DNA from: a virus | Lineage: Duplodnaviria > Caudoviricetes | Length of the DNA: 64,000 nucleotides | IMG/VR virus record: IMGVR_UViG_3300031555_004294 | Span: 224,001 to 288,000 of that record | Strand: one strand, 5' to 3' | Shown here: positions 48,612 to 59,128 of the stretch, piece by piece | How positions within the stretch are numbered: the stretch's first letter is position 1 | Layout of the letters: every line of letters starts with the position of its first letter | Notes under the pieces: model-generated | Databases searched by the model: none | Seen by the model: only the letters and a program-made list of their open reading frames with translations | Told to the model about the DNA's origin: nothing | Program-made: the position numbers and the translations under genes

Positions 48612-48833
48612 ATGGAAACAAGATTCTTCACAATTAATAAAACCATCATCAATGTAGCTGACGTAAACTATATACATTATGACGAGGTTCATGACCAATT
48701 AAAAGTTGCAATGCGTAATGATGAAGTACTGGTATTTGTTGGAAACTCTAATACTAACAGTGAGGATACTCCTAAAAGAACTTTCTTTAAATTACGAGAC
48801 CTCTTATCAAAAACGAATATATTCTACACCTAA
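48612..48833 (+). CDS. Small hypothetical protein
   Basis: RBS GGGAG. Confidence 0.65.
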   Translation: METRFFTINKTIINVADVNYIHYDEVHDQLKVAMRNDEVLVFVGNSNTNSEDTPKRTFFKLRDLLSKTNIFYT

Positions 48834-48849
48834 AAAGGAGAAGAAAAAT

Positions 48850-49053
48850 ATGGCATTAGGACTTAAAGAAATCACATCTGCAAAGAAATATTTGGATCAA
48901 GCAGAAAAAGGTACACTGAAGGTAAAAATATCATCACCAGACTCTATTTTAGAAAGAGATGCAACTCTTAAGCTTGGAAAGGATAAAGATGGAAACTATT
49001 CAGTTTCTATTCAATCCAGTGGTGGTATTATAAAAGTTAGTCTCTATGAATAA
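48850..49053 (+). CDS. Small hypothetical protein
   Basis: Start at MALGLK after AAGGAG. Confidence 0.6.
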   Translation: MALGLKEITSAKKYLDQAEKGTLKVKISSPDSILERDATLKLGKDKDGNYSVSIQSSGGIIKVSLYE

Positions 49054-49071
49054 AAATGAGGTAATTTTACT

Positions 49072-49302
49072 ATGGAAAAACTTAGAATTGCAAAAGAAGA
49101 TACTGGCTATGTTTTAGTCCACAGAGAGGACTTTAACGAAATTGCAGAAGCTATGGATACACTGAGTGGATGTATTGCTTCTCCTGTTGGTGGAAGAACT
49201 ATCAATGGTGAAGAATATGTGGACTTTGTTAGTGTAGAAAGCAAAGAAGACGTAGCAGACGCTATTAAAACTATTACTCTTGCCTATAAAATCAAGCTGT
49301 AA
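49072..49302 (+). CDS. Small hypothetical protein
   Basis: RBS GAGG; followed by a terminator. Confidence 0.65.
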   Translation: MEKLRIAKEDTGYVLVHREDFNEIAEAMDTLSGCIASPVGGRTINGEEYVDFVSVESKEDVADAIKTITLAYKIKL

Positions 49303-49309
49303 TGATAGC

Positions 49310-49353
49310 AAAAAAAAATCTAGTACCCAATTAAGGATACTAGATTTTTTTTT
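49310..49353. terminator. Bidirectional terminator
   Basis: A-run ATCTAGTA/TACTAGAT T-run between convergent genes. Confidence 0.8.
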
Positions 49354-49362
49354 GTAAACTTT

Positions 49363-51402
49363 TTAGTCTTCTGATAACTCAGCTTCTACTTCTAATTCAT
49401 CTAACTCTTTATCTACAGATTCTACATCTTCAATAATTTCAGGTATAGATTGTTTGTTAACCAAACCAAGAGTTAACATCTGAGTCTTTACAATACGAGA
49501 CGTAATAGACTTTTCACCAATCAGATTGATCTTGTCAATGTCAAATACATTTCTAGTTAGAAGTGCTGTATTGAAATTCTTTCTTTCTTCAGGGTTAGTA
49601 GATGTCTGAGCTAAATATCTCATTACAAGTGGCATATTCTGGGTCAACAGTAGTGAGTTAAACTCCATTTCTCCACATCTTACTGGGGTCTTTGAGAAAA
49701 GTGCAGTATGATATTTGAAGCTACTGCTCTTACTAGGAATGTTATTTAAACTTAAATCTCCACTTGAACGTGCTGACAACTTTGTGGAAGGATCATGTTT
49801 TAATCTCATATAGTAGAGATTGCCTATGATAAGCGGATTTTCAATTTCTTTACCACTAATTGTGCAGTGATAAGGTTCCCAACCAAATTCTTCATAAAGT
49901 TTGTTCATATTTTCAACTGTAATAGTTCCAAAGAACGGAGGTTGATGTATAAACAAACCATGTTCATAACTGTCATTGATGAACTGTTCTTTTTCAGCTA
50001 GAGATACTACATTGTTGACTATGAACTCAAACTGTTTCTCATTTACAATTGCATAGAACTTCAAAATGTGTTTAAACTTATCTCTTATGGATTTCATAGT
50101 TTTAGTCTGTCTTAAAACTTGATCTCCCATAAAGTTAAGTTCCTGCTCATACAACTGTGCAATATTTTCTCTACCTATAACTCCAAACGGATTCAGTATG
50201 ATTTCAGCTCTCTCACCATACTCGTTTGTAGGCATTTCAGAATCTGGCAGGATCGCAGAAATAACTCCTTTAGAGCCATAGCGTCCTGTAATTTTACTAC
50301 CCTTGACTAGAGGTTTCTGATTATAAGTACGAATCTTGACAATCATGTTATCAAATGTACTACCATCAGCAGTAAATTGGGTGTTCTCGCTAATCATGTC
50401 AATACAACGCTTATAAAAATACTTAACGTCACTAGAACAATTGTAGCTACCATCTTCCATATATGGTGCGATAGTTGTTACTACATCATAGTAGTAATTG
50501 TAGTTCATGTCATAGTACTTCATTATCTGGTCGTAATAAGGATACTCTTTTAACTTTTCGATATCCCCATTACAGAATACATCTACATCATAGACAATAG
50601 AATCTTTAGAAACAAAGAAAATACTATCAATGTCTGGATTAATCTTCTTAATGTTCTTGCTATTCATTTCAAATAACATCGACTCATAGTCAATTCTACG
50701 TCTACTACATAAAATTGTCGAATTACATGTTTCACCTATATCTGGAAATGCCTTATACTGTCTGTTGTTACCTAATAAGTTTAGTAAAATGTCGTTGTTG
50801 TTTAGTGAGATGTCAATCTCATCAACTGCATAGGAACCTAACTTTTTAGCTGCAGATTCTGAACATAAAATACCATCCTCATATGTCAAATTATATGCCG
50901 CCAAGAATACTGCTTTCAAATTTCTACCATAACAGAAGTTCATATTTTCATCATAGGTAGTGCTACTATATAACAGTTCATCAGGCTCTAAGAAATCTCC
51001 AGTATCTTTCTCTAAGATAGGGTTCTTGTAAGTGTAACCATATCTTTCAGTAATTCTCTCTGCAGGTTTGATATGATAGATCTCCAGATTGTTATCTTTA
51101 TCTTTCAATAAGTAAGTGTAGTTTAATTCATTCTTTTTGAACTTTTTCAAAATTTCCCAGTGTCTATCAGATTTCTTATAACTGGTAGAATACTTACCAA
51201 TTTGATTCTCAAAGTTAGTAAATACATTTGGAAAATCTGGTTCAGCTAATACTAGTGCTTGAGGTAAGTGATTATCAAACATGTTGATTCTTACCTGGTC
51301 ACATCTTTGTAGATTGGGTACAAGTAATTCCTCTGCTAAGAACTTATGGGTACCTTCTAGTTCTTTGCAGTTATCAATTACTTTTTGAATGTCTAACGGC
51401 AT
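49363..51402 (-). CDS. Phage multisubunit RNA polymerase beta subunit, C-terminal part (phiKZ/AR9-like)
   Basis: RINMFDNHLPQA, GRNL, YEDG, GSKITGRYGSKGVIS, ILNPFGVIGREN, YYMRLKH, VRCGEME are RpoB C-terminal motifs. Confidence 0.92.
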   Translation of the reverse strand: MPLDIQKVIDNCKELEGTHKFLAEELLVPNLQRCDQVRINMFDNHLPQALVLAEPDFPNVFTNFENQIGKYSTSYKKSDRHWEILKKFKKNELNYTYLLKDKDNNLEIYHIKPAERITERYGYTYKNPILEKDTGDFLEPDELLYSSTTYDENMNFCYGRNLKAVFLAAYNLTYEDGILCSESAAKKLGSYAVDEIDISLNNNDILLNLLGNNRQYKAFPDIGETCNSTILCSRRRIDYESMLFEMNSKNIKKINPDIDSIFFVSKDSIVYDVDVFCNGDIEKLKEYPYYDQIMKYYDMNYNYYYDVVTTIAPYMEDGSYNCSSDVKYFYKRCIDMISENTQFTADGSTFDNMIVKIRTYNQKPLVKGSKITGRYGSKGVISAILPDSEMPTNEYGERAEIILNPFGVIGRENIAQLYEQELNFMGDQVLRQTKTMKSIRDKFKHILKFYAIVNEKQFEFIVNNVVSLAEKEQFINDSYEHGLFIHQPPFFGTITVENMNKLYEEFGWEPYHCTISGKEIENPLIIGNLYYMRLKHDPSTKLSARSSGDLSLNNIPSKSSSFKYHTALFSKTPVRCGEMEFNSLLLTQNMPLVMRYLAQTSTNPEERKNFNTALLTRNVFDIDKINLIGEKSITSRIVKTQMLTLGLVNKQSIPEIIEDVESVDKELDELEVEAELSED

Positions 51403-51472
51403 ATATTTTCTTCCTTTCTTTATAGTTTACTGAGTTAGTATATATAGCCATAAACTTTATTTAGTTTTACCA

Positions 51473-51847
51473 TTACGAAATACAGTAATACATTTTATGT
51501 TTTGTATCATCTTCACAGTACTCATTCGCAATGATACTAAGCAAATTGATATAGTACATTGCACTAATAACATCTTCTAATTCTTCACGAAGACTCTTTA
51601 TGTCTTCCAAACACTGAAGGGCATCTTCATACTTCAATCCAGTAAGTAACTTTTCTCTGTCATTAATTCTGCTAGTGTACTTGATTCTATCATTTTGAGC
51701 TTCTTCAAAAGCAGCCTTAATGTCTTCATTAGTTAGTTCTTTCCAGCTTTCTGTATATGGTAACTCAAAGAACTTATATACATTAGAACTACGAGAGAAA
51801 CTACAAAGATTTTCATTATTCTTTCTGATACATAAATACTGACTCAT
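51473..51847 (-). CDS. Hypothetical protein
   Basis: ORF with RBS in the minus-strand operon. Confidence 0.7.
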   Translation of the reverse strand: MSQYLCIRKNNENLCSFSRSSNVYKFFELPYTESWKELTNEDIKAAFEEAQNDRIKYTSRINDREKLLTGLKYEDALQCLEDIKSLREELEDVISAMYYINLLSIIANEYCEDDTKHKMYYCIS

Positions 51848-51862
51848 TTTTACTTATCTCCT

Positions 51863-52141
51863 TTAGTTTTCATGTTCATTTTTCATCCATGATAAAAACT
51901 TCATCCAGTCCTCTTTATCACAATCATCACCATAGTAAGGACATTCTTCAATTTCCTTTATCATGATTCTTAAGAATTTATCACTTAACTGTCCTTTACA
52001 ATTTCTCATGATGAAGTTTGTAACTACACTTGGCATATAAGTTCTTCTACCAAGAGAATACCTAATAGCACAGATTAGAACGGATTCAAAATCGTCATAA
52101 TCATCAATGGATAAAGTTATTGGAGTCTTATCTGTTCTCAT
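51863..52141 (-). CDS. Hypothetical phage protein
   Basis: CAIRYSLGRRTYMPSVV motif. Confidence 0.7.
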   Translation of the reverse strand: MRTDKTPITLSIDDYDDFESVLICAIRYSLGRRTYMPSVVTNFIMRNCKGQLSDKFLRIMIKEIEECPYYGDDCDKEDWMKFLSWMKNEHEN

Positions 52142-52316
52142 TAGTTTTACCTCCTAAGTACTTTTCTCTAACTTCAGCGATATTTTCACGTACTGTTTTA
52201 ACTTTAATCAGTTCTATGCCACAGCAATTGAAAATATCATCTTCATCTATAACAATAGCTTTCTCAATTTCGTCAAAGATTTCTTTTATAAGTTCTTGAT
52301 CTTCAATTTTACTCAT
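52128..52316 (-). CDS. Small hypothetical protein
   Basis: Overlapping operon gene. Confidence 0.55.
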   Translation of the reverse strand: MSKIEDQELIKEIFDEIEKAIVIDEDDIFNCCGIELIKVKTVRENIAEVREKYLGGKTNENR

Positions 52317-52686
52317 TACTTCTTTCCCTCACAATAAAGATTTTACCATTTATTGCATTGATTATTTCATACTTTTTGGAAAACTCGTTCATATCAACAG
52401 TTTCATCAATGATTATTGTATACTGGATTCCACTTAGATATTCTCTTCCAAAAATTATTCCAAATCCAATACTAGCGAAACAATTAAAGAAGAGAAAGAA
52501 AATTATAAAACCAATTTTTCCTATAGTTCCTTCACCTAAATCCAATATAAATATTAAACTAAGTTCTAAAAGAAATGTAGATACAAAAGTAATCCAAAAA
52601 GCTAATTTTGAGAAAGTACGTTTATACAGATTAACTTTATCTAAAATTTCTACACCTTGCATAATCAAATCCTTATCTTTCTTCAT
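52309..52686 (-). CDS. Membrane protein (2 TM)
   Basis: Two hydrophobic helices. Confidence 0.65.
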   Translation of the reverse strand: MKKDKDLIMQGVEILDKVNLYKRTFSKLAFWITFVSTFLLELSLIFILDLGEGTIGKIGFIIFFLFFNCFASIGFGIIFGREYLSGIQYTIIIDETVDMNEFSKKYEIINAINGKIFIVRERSNE

Positions 52687-53029
52687 TTACAGTTTCGACA
52701 AATTTAGCTCCACATCTGCTACAATAATTATCTTCTTCACAGACAGAATCATCATTTCCACAGTTGTCGCATCTATAGTCAGTAAAAGGAGTATCTGCTC
52801 TGTCAGAAATAAATGCAATCTTCTTAGTTTCTATGATTCTACAATATCCCATATCAACCAATTTTTCTGCTTGCTTTATTTCGGTACAGTTATCAGTATT
52901 TTCCATACCATACTGTTCATACTTGCAACCATGACAATGCCAAGTTTCACAAAATTCAACTTCCGTGTCTCTTAAATCATTTGCCAATTCTTCAACTTGT
53001 TCTTTTCTAGTTTTTTCTATAAATTCCAT
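52673..53029 (-). CDS. Zn-ribbon hypothetical protein
   Basis: CDNCG...NYCSRCGA. Confidence 0.7.
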   Translation of the reverse strand: MEFIEKTRKEQVEELANDLRDTEVEFCETWHCHGCKYEQYGMENTDNCTEIKQAEKLVDMGYCRIIETKKIAFISDRADTPFTDYRCDNCGNDDSVCEEDNYCSRCGAKFVETVNEER

Positions 53030-53047
53030 TTTGTATACCTCAGGCTA

Positions 53048-53290
53048 TCATCTTCCTAAAACTTTATCTCTAGCTTCATAACTTTCTGTCATATACGCAT
53101 CTATAAAATCACTAGCTTCTCCTCTATTAGAACATTGTTCTGCTTCATTTAGTAAATGAGGAAGATAATGTACAATTGTTCTCATAGCTTCTAACTGTTT
53201 TTCAGTAATTTCTTTAAATCGCCATTCACCATATTCACATTGTTGATGGCAGTATCTTTGATATTCTTTCCCTAGTACAAACATTTTCAT
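53048..53290 (-). CDS. Small hypothetical protein
   Basis: RBS AGGAGG. Confidence 0.65.
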   Translation of the reverse strand: MKMFVLGKEYQRYCHQQCEYGEWRFKEITEKQLEAMRTIVHYLPHLLNEAEQCSNRGEASDFIDAYMTESYEARDKVLGR

Positions 53291-53307
53291 TTCCTCCTAT
53301 CACACAT

Positions 53308-53742
53308 TTAATACATGTCATAGAAATTCAAACCAGCTATTCTTTCTATAGCTTCATCAGGTGAATGTCCATCCCATTCAGGTGCAGTTTCTAATTCTTT
53401 AACGTCAAACATGTTCCAATAAGGATCGATGTCATAGTGATAAGTAGCTTGACCATTAGGTGTTTCAATACCAACTATAAACATTCCTTCATACATGGTA
53501 CCATCATGATGCTTTTTAGACTTCCAAGCTAATGGATACTTCTTACAGATTATACTAAACAAAATTGCTCTATGATGATACAGTTCATTGAAAGTATGAT
53601 AACCATCAGAAGTTTCACCATTGACAATAAAAGTATCTAATTCTTCTATGTCTTTCTTAGGAGTCATTACGTATGGATATGACTTGTGGAATTCATCAAG
53701 TACTCTCATTACATCTTCTTTAAGCAAAAATTCGTTCTTCAT
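53308..53742 (-). CDS. WDGH-motif phage protein
   Basis: SDGYHTFNELYHHR, WKSKKHHDG, GQATYHY, APEWDGH. Confidence 0.8.
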   Translation of the reverse strand: MKNEFLLKEDVMRVLDEFHKSYPYVMTPKKDIEELDTFIVNGETSDGYHTFNELYHHRAILFSIICKKYPLAWKSKKHHDGTMYEGMFIVGIETPNGQATYHYDIDPYWNMFDVKELETAPEWDGHSPDEAIERIAGLNFYDMY

Positions 53743-54158
53743 GATTTTATATCCTCTTTCTTTTTTATTTTACGGTTCTTTGCTATATTTTCAATGACTT
53801 TTTTACTAGCTAGTTCTTTTTGTTTCCTATTAGTTTCAATAGCTAAATCTTTGTACTTAGAAATAAATTTGCTAATCTGTCTTTTAGTATAGCAATTCTG
53901 TCTTTCATATCGTAAACTTGGAATTGCGTAACATATAAAATCAACCAGTTCTAATTGTTTTTCTGTAGGTTTATAATTTTCTGGAAGGTATAATTTTTCA
54001 ATTCCATAATCAGCAATGCTCATATTCATAAAAATTTTAATACTACAGTTAAGACAGTCGTACTCAAAAATAGCCGAACTTGAACCAGTTTCTTCATTGA
54101 CAATAAATTTTTCTTTGCCAACTAACTTCATTTGTTTTTGGCATTCAATACATTTCAT
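53739..54158 (-). CDS. Zn-ribbon hypothetical protein
   Basis: CIEC...CLNC; PTEKQ. Confidence 0.65.
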   Translation of the reverse strand: MKCIECQKQMKLVGKEKFIVNEETGSSSAIFEYDCLNCSIKIFMNMSIADYGIEKLYLPENYKPTEKQLELVDFICYAIPSLRYERQNCYTKRQISKFISKYKDLAIETNRKQKELASKKVIENIAKNRKIKKKEDIKS

Positions 54159-54481
54159 AACTTTATGATTCCTCTAGATTCTAATGTAGAAATACTATCA
54201 TCTATAAAATCATCAAATTCTGCAAGTTTATGTTCATCAAGTATAGATTTTTTGATGTAATCTTGATTTTCTTCCCAGTTAGTCCTCATTGTCATGAAAT
54301 ACGCTAATTCTGGATTAGCTCTAGAACGTAAAGACAAACAATAAATATTACGACCACTAATTTCACATTTAACTTCATAAACTGTTGGAGGATTACCATA
54401 GTACTTGTCATATTCTCTACAAAGTATTACATACTGATCTTCTATGTCTTTCTTATTTAGCATAGACTTCATAATTCTCAA
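54155..54481 (-). CDS. Hypothetical protein
   Basis: First gene after the promoter motif at 54502-54520 (-). Confidence 0.65.
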   Translation of the reverse strand: MRIMKSMLNKKDIEDQYVILCREYDKYYGNPPTVYEVKCEISGRNIYCLSLRSRANPELAYFMTMRTNWEENQDYIKKSILDEHKLAEFDDFIDDSISTLESRGIIKL

Positions 54482-54626
54482 CTTTCCTTTCTAAAAGTAT
54501 TTTCAAGTTAAGAATATATAGATAAAATCTCTGTTTACTTTTCGTATTTTCAAAATTTACAAACATATATTCTTATTTTAGAAAAGAAGTACATAAATTT
54601 TATACTTCTAGAAATATTTTTATAAA

Positions 54627-55241
54627 ATGGAGAAAAGTATCATGACAAACTTTATTAAAACAAAAGCCTATCCTGAAAACCTTTACTATGACATTTTTGG
54701 TTTAACAGAAAATGACAATTCTTATACTCATGAAATTGGAGAACGATTAATTGAACTTGTTGAAAATGATAAAAGATTTGTAGAACTTTCTAATGCAAGA
54801 AATATCATCTTAATGAGATATAAATCAAAACTAACTTTTGATAAAATCGGAGAAAAATTAAATCTTTCAGGAGAAAGAATTCGTCAAATTAATAATAAGA
54901 CATTAAGAATTTTTAGAAATTCTGTAAGAAAAAAATATATTTTATTTGGTTCTGTACCATACAATAATGCATTTGATGCTATTTATTATAACGATTTTTG
55001 GAGTCTAAATGATGTAAGAATTGATATTTGTATCATCAGCGATTTTTCCCCTAATACATTAATACGAATCACTAAGTGTATGCTTAGAACTAACTGTGGT
55101 TCTTTTGGTGAAATTCTTCTTAAGTTTTCTAATAGAGAGGAACTTAGTAAAATTTGTAATTTAGATAGTGAGTCCATTGATAGTATCATCCAAATCTTTG
55201 AAAGATGTAATATCAACGTAGATCAATTCAAAGAAGCTTAA
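54627..55241 (+). CDS. Sigma70 region-4 HTH protein, possibly with an alpha-CTD-like C-terminus
   Basis: RNIILMRYKSKLTFDKIGEKLNLSGERIRQINNKTLRIFR; C-terminal EELSKICNLDSESIDSI. Confidence 0.75.
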   Translation: MEKSIMTNFIKTKAYPENLYYDIFGLTENDNSYTHEIGERLIELVENDKRFVELSNARNIILMRYKSKLTFDKIGEKLNLSGERIRQINNKTLRIFRNSVRKKYILFGSVPYNNAFDAIYYNDFWSLNDVRIDICIISDFSPNTLIRITKCMLRTNCGSFGEILLKFSNREELSKICNLDSESIDSIIQIFERCNINVDQFKEA

Positions 55242-55294
55242 AACAAAAGAGATAGAGATTTGTAGTTTCTCTATCTCTTTTTTTTTAGTTCATT

Positions 55295-56662
55295 TTATTC
55301 TTCTTCGTAATCTACTTCTACATACTCACCATCTTCGATGATGTAGTACTTGCCATTCTTATCCATATAAACTTCATTTTCTTCATCAATGAGTTCATAT
55401 TCATCAGCAACTACTACTTCAACTTCAGCCTTCTTCTTGGAGGAGGTAGCTTTTTTAGTATTTGCAGATTCCTTGATATCTTCTTCAATAAGTTCATCAA
55501 GTTTGTTCATATCAATAGAAATTGCTTCTCCAGCTTTAGGAAGGAACTTAGTATATTCTTCTGCTACTGCTGCATCGAATGCTTTACGAAGTTCTTTAGA
55601 TTCAGCATACTTATCTTGGAAATCTCTAAGTGAGAATTTTACATCAGGACAAGTATCAAGCTTAAAGGATCTACCAGCACCAGTAATTCTTCCTAAATCC
55701 TTAAGATTTACAAAGTTGGTAAGAAGATTATTTATACCCTTCTTCTGTTCGAATACCATCTTAAAGGATACACCAGCTTCTGTAGAACGAGACTTTACTA
55801 AGATACCAGAAAGGTAGAAACCTTTGATACCGAATTCTTTATCAGGTTCGATTTTTGAGCCTGTTTCAAGTTTTGTAAGAGTATTGGTTAAGTAACTTAC
55901 AGCCTTACCACCAGGGATTGATTCGTCTTGCTTAAGATAATTTATCTGAGCTTTAGTACGAGCCATAGGATTTATATCAATCTTCTGAGTAAGATGGTTT
56001 ACTAACATGAGAATGATATTAGCATTCTGCATAGGAGACATAATTCTCTTAAACACGTTAGTATTAGCTTTAGCGATTGCAGTAGCACCCATCGAGCCTT
56101 TAAGTTCGTCATCATCTTCTACGTCCTCTGGAGCTAATAAAGCAACCGAGTCTACTATCATTATTGTAGGAGGTAAAATATAAATAGGTCTACCAGCACC
56201 ATCTTTCTTACCAGTGTTAATCTGAATAGATTCTTTATTTTCCATTTTGATTTTTTCAATTTCCTTACAAGCTCTAAATAGAGTCTCTACAGAAATATCT
56301 TCTTGGAAAATCTGGTATTTTTCTTCATAATGTTCAGATGTCCAACCAGTTAGAGCCATAACTCTTTCCTTAGTAGTAGATCTTTCATAGTCATAGTGCC
56401 ATACGTCAGCTTCTTCAAATTGGTCTGCAATATAACATGCTTGCTGAATGATTTTACTAGTTTTACCAGTACCAGAGTTACCTACATCCATCATAATCTT
56501 ACCGCCTTGGATACCTAACTCAATTGTACCATCAGCTTTTCTCGCACCATTGATGTAGTCAAAAATATCAATACCAGTTCTGTAAAAAGGTACATAATCA
56601 ATTCTTTTACCTAACTTACCTTTATCAATTGCTTCGTTAAATTTTGATTTTAGCAATCCCAT
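55295..56662 (-). CDS. RecA/UvsX-like recombinase
   Basis: TGIDIFD, Walker A GNSGTGKTS, IVDSVA, VNHL, PGGKAVSY. Confidence 0.85.
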   Translation of the reverse strand: MGLLKSKFNEAIDKGKLGKRIDYVPFYRTGIDIFDYINGARKADGTIELGIQGGKIMMDVGNSGTGKTSKIIQQACYIADQFEEADVWHYDYERSTTKERVMALTGWTSEHYEEKYQIFQEDISVETLFRACKEIEKIKMENKESIQINTGKKDGAGRPIYILPPTIMIVDSVALLAPEDVEDDDELKGSMGATAIAKANTNVFKRIMSPMQNANIILMLVNHLTQKIDINPMARTKAQINYLKQDESIPGGKAVSYLTNTLTKLETGSKIEPDKEFGIKGFYLSGILVKSRSTEAGVSFKMVFEQKKGINNLLTNFVNLKDLGRITGAGRSFKLDTCPDVKFSLRDFQDKYAESKELRKAFDAAVAEEYTKFLPKAGEAISIDMNKLDELIEEDIKESANTKKATSSKKKAEVEVVVADEYELIDEENEVYMDKNGKYYIIEDGEYVEVDYEEE

Positions 56663-56851
56663 AATTACTTATCTCCTTTGAAAGTTTAAATTATTTATTC
56701 TCGCTTAGATATAGTAAAATTTCTCTTACTGTAATTTATAGTTTTATCTTGTTTTTTATGAAAAAAATATGGATTTGTATTTTAAAATTTTTTAAATATA
56801 TATTCTAAATTTAATAAAATTAAAATATTTTTATAAGGGGAATTTTTTAAA

Positions 56852-57532
56852 ATGTTACTGAGTGTTAAAAAATTAGCAAAAATTTTAGATGTAAATGAAA
56901 CATATATTGAAACACAAATTGAAATGGGAAATTTAAAAAGAGTACCAGACTCTTGTGCGATAGTTAAGTATAATCAGCTTCAATGTTTAGATGTTCTTGA
57001 TATAGTTGACTTTATTTCTAAATCTGATGAACTTAAATTTTTAGAAGCATTTCATCGTTGGATGAAGGAAGAACAAAAGGATACTTTAAAGGAAGAATAT
57101 CAAGATTCTTATTCAAAATCTTTACGTAAAATAAAGAAACAAATAGACAAGATTGAAAAAGTTTTAAGAAAAATAAAAGAAAGAGAAGATAACGAAAAAG
57201 AACAACGCAGACAAAGAGAAATCATGTTAATAGCTGATGATATACTAATTGCATTAAGTGAGGAAAAAACTGTAGTTGAAATTGGTATAAATTACAAACG
57301 ATGTTATAAGTCCATAATCAAAAATATTGGAAATGATATGTTTAGTTTAAAAATACCTTTTCAAACTGGTCCTCACTATCGAATCTATAAAAAAGAATTA
57401 GAAGATTTCTTACCAAAGCTGTTATACCATTGTTATTATAGTAAACAAGAGATAAAGGTTTATACAGATGAGAATATTAACATGAAGAATTTAATAAGAT
57501 CGAGATATATCTATCTCCCCATCTTACACTAA
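56852..57532 (+). CDS. Hypothetical protein with N-terminal HTH-like segment
   Basis: MLLSVKKLAKILDVNETYIETQIEMGNL. Confidence 0.65.
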   Translation: MLLSVKKLAKILDVNETYIETQIEMGNLKRVPDSCAIVKYNQLQCLDVLDIVDFISKSDELKFLEAFHRWMKEEQKDTLKEEYQDSYSKSLRKIKKQIDKIEKVLRKIKEREDNEKEQRRQREIMLIADDILIALSEEKTVVEIGINYKRCYKSIIKNIGNDMFSLKIPFQTGPHYRIYKKELEDFLPKLLYHCYYSKQEIKVYTDENINMKNLIRSRYIYLPILH

Positions 57533-57661
57533 GCTAACAATAAAAAAAAGATAATACTTTTAAAAAGTATTATCTTTTTTTTAGTGTATTTTAGAATTTT
57601 TTAAATATATATTTTTGATGTAATCTTAAAATAAAATAATTTTTTAAAGGGGATTAAAAAA

Positions 57662-59128
57662 ATGATTTATTTTACTACTGACGTATTAGCAGAAAATGTT
57701 TTATATACAAAAGAAAGTCAAATTTTTAAATGGTTTGATGAAGGCAAACTAATTCATCATACTGTTGCAGATGATGGAATTGAAGGAGATTTTGTTGAAT
57801 TTTTCAATCTCATAGATTTTGTCATAAATGAATCAATGATAATGAAAAGCAATATCTATGTAAGTAGATTATATAGGTGGATCAATAGAAATCGTAAATT
57901 TGTAAAAGAAGAATTACCAGATTTTCTTAAAAGTGAAACTTTTAAAAAAATAAAGTGTATTTCAAATATTCCAGATACTAAAGATTTCTATATTCTGTAT
58001 GAAAGTATATACGATATAACTGATGATTCAAAAATAGAAATAATTGAACCTGATAGAAATTTTGTTAAAAATTTTATAGTTTTAAAAGTAGCTGGTAATA
58101 ATGATATAATCGATGTCAGAGAAATTTGTACTAACAATATATCTTACATAAAACATTGGTATGGTAAAAAATATGTTTGCTATAAATCAGAGTTTAAGTA
58201 TAAATTTTATAGCGATTGTGATGTATTAAGTGAACGTCTTAAAAAATTTTTACATCTTGTTAGGACCACGCATCCTAATGCAGGTTTTGATTCTAATGAT
58301 CCTTATTTTGATTCAATATCTGTAGCTAAAAAACTTTTAAAAACTTTAGAAAAAATAAAGAATTTTTTACTTGAAGAGGAAGAAAAGAAAAAATATAAAG
58401 AACTACTTAGACAAGAAAGAATACAACGAGAACAAAAAAGGGAAGAACGAAAGAAACAATTAGCTGAGCAGTTTAATAAGAAAAGAGAATTAATTAATCA
58501 GTTGGTTGATGAAATAGTTCATGATAACAAAATAATTGACGATTCTTTATCAATTCTTGTTTACCATCAAATTATCAGAGATACGAAACAAGAAATGCAT
58601 TATAGTTCTATCTATGATCAAGAAAAATTGAAAAAAGCTATTCTAAAGAAGCTTTTAGCTAAGAAAAAGAAAAAATTAGATGACGCAATGGTTATAAGAA
58701 AAAAGGAGGAACTTGCAGAATATATTGACAATATGATCAAACATATAAAACTTCCTGATGAAGAGCTTTTAACAAAGTTTGATTTTGATGCTATTGAAGA
58801 TAAACTTATCTTTGAAATTTGGAGAGTAGAATTAAATAAACCAAAACATTATAATAGGTTTGACTATGTTACCAAACGAGTAAACGAAGAGAAAAAGGAT
58901 TATATAAAACGGCATATTGCTTTTAGTAAACGACAGAAAGAAGACAAAAACGAAAGAAAACTCCTTTCAAGTAGATATGATTGTGGGGATTCTAATTATC
59001 GTGATGATTATATTCCTCATGACCGTAATCATTTCATGGACATTCATCCTACATATAAGATCAATGAAGCAATCCAAGAATACTTAGATGAAGTTTCTTT
59101 AGGTTATGAAGGAGGATACTACGATTGA
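57662..59128 (+). CDS. Hypothetical protein, probable distant paralogue of 56852-57532
   Basis: Similar N-terminus (MIYFTTDVLAENV...QIFKWFDEGKL...LIDFV) and similar upstream sequence. Confidence 0.65.
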   Translation: MIYFTTDVLAENVLYTKESQIFKWFDEGKLIHHTVADDGIEGDFVEFFNLIDFVINESMIMKSNIYVSRLYRWINRNRKFVKEELPDFLKSETFKKIKCISNIPDTKDFYILYESIYDITDDSKIEIIEPDRNFVKNFIVLKVAGNNDIIDVREICTNNISYIKHWYGKKYVCYKSEFKYKFYSDCDVLSERLKKFLHLVRTTHPNAGFDSNDPYFDSISVAKKLLKTLEKIKNFLLEEEEKKKYKELLRQERIQREQKREERKKQLAEQFNKKRELINQLVDEIVHDNKIIDDSLSILVYHQIIRDTKQEMHYSSIYDQEKLKKAILKKLLAKKKKKLDDAMVIRKKEELAEYIDNMIKHIKLPDEELLTKFDFDAIEDKLIFEIWRVELNKPKHYNRFDYVTKRVNEEKKDYIKRHIAFSKRQKEDKNERKLLSSRYDCGDSNYRDDYIPHDRNHFMDIHPTYKINEAIQEYLDEVSLGYEGGYYD

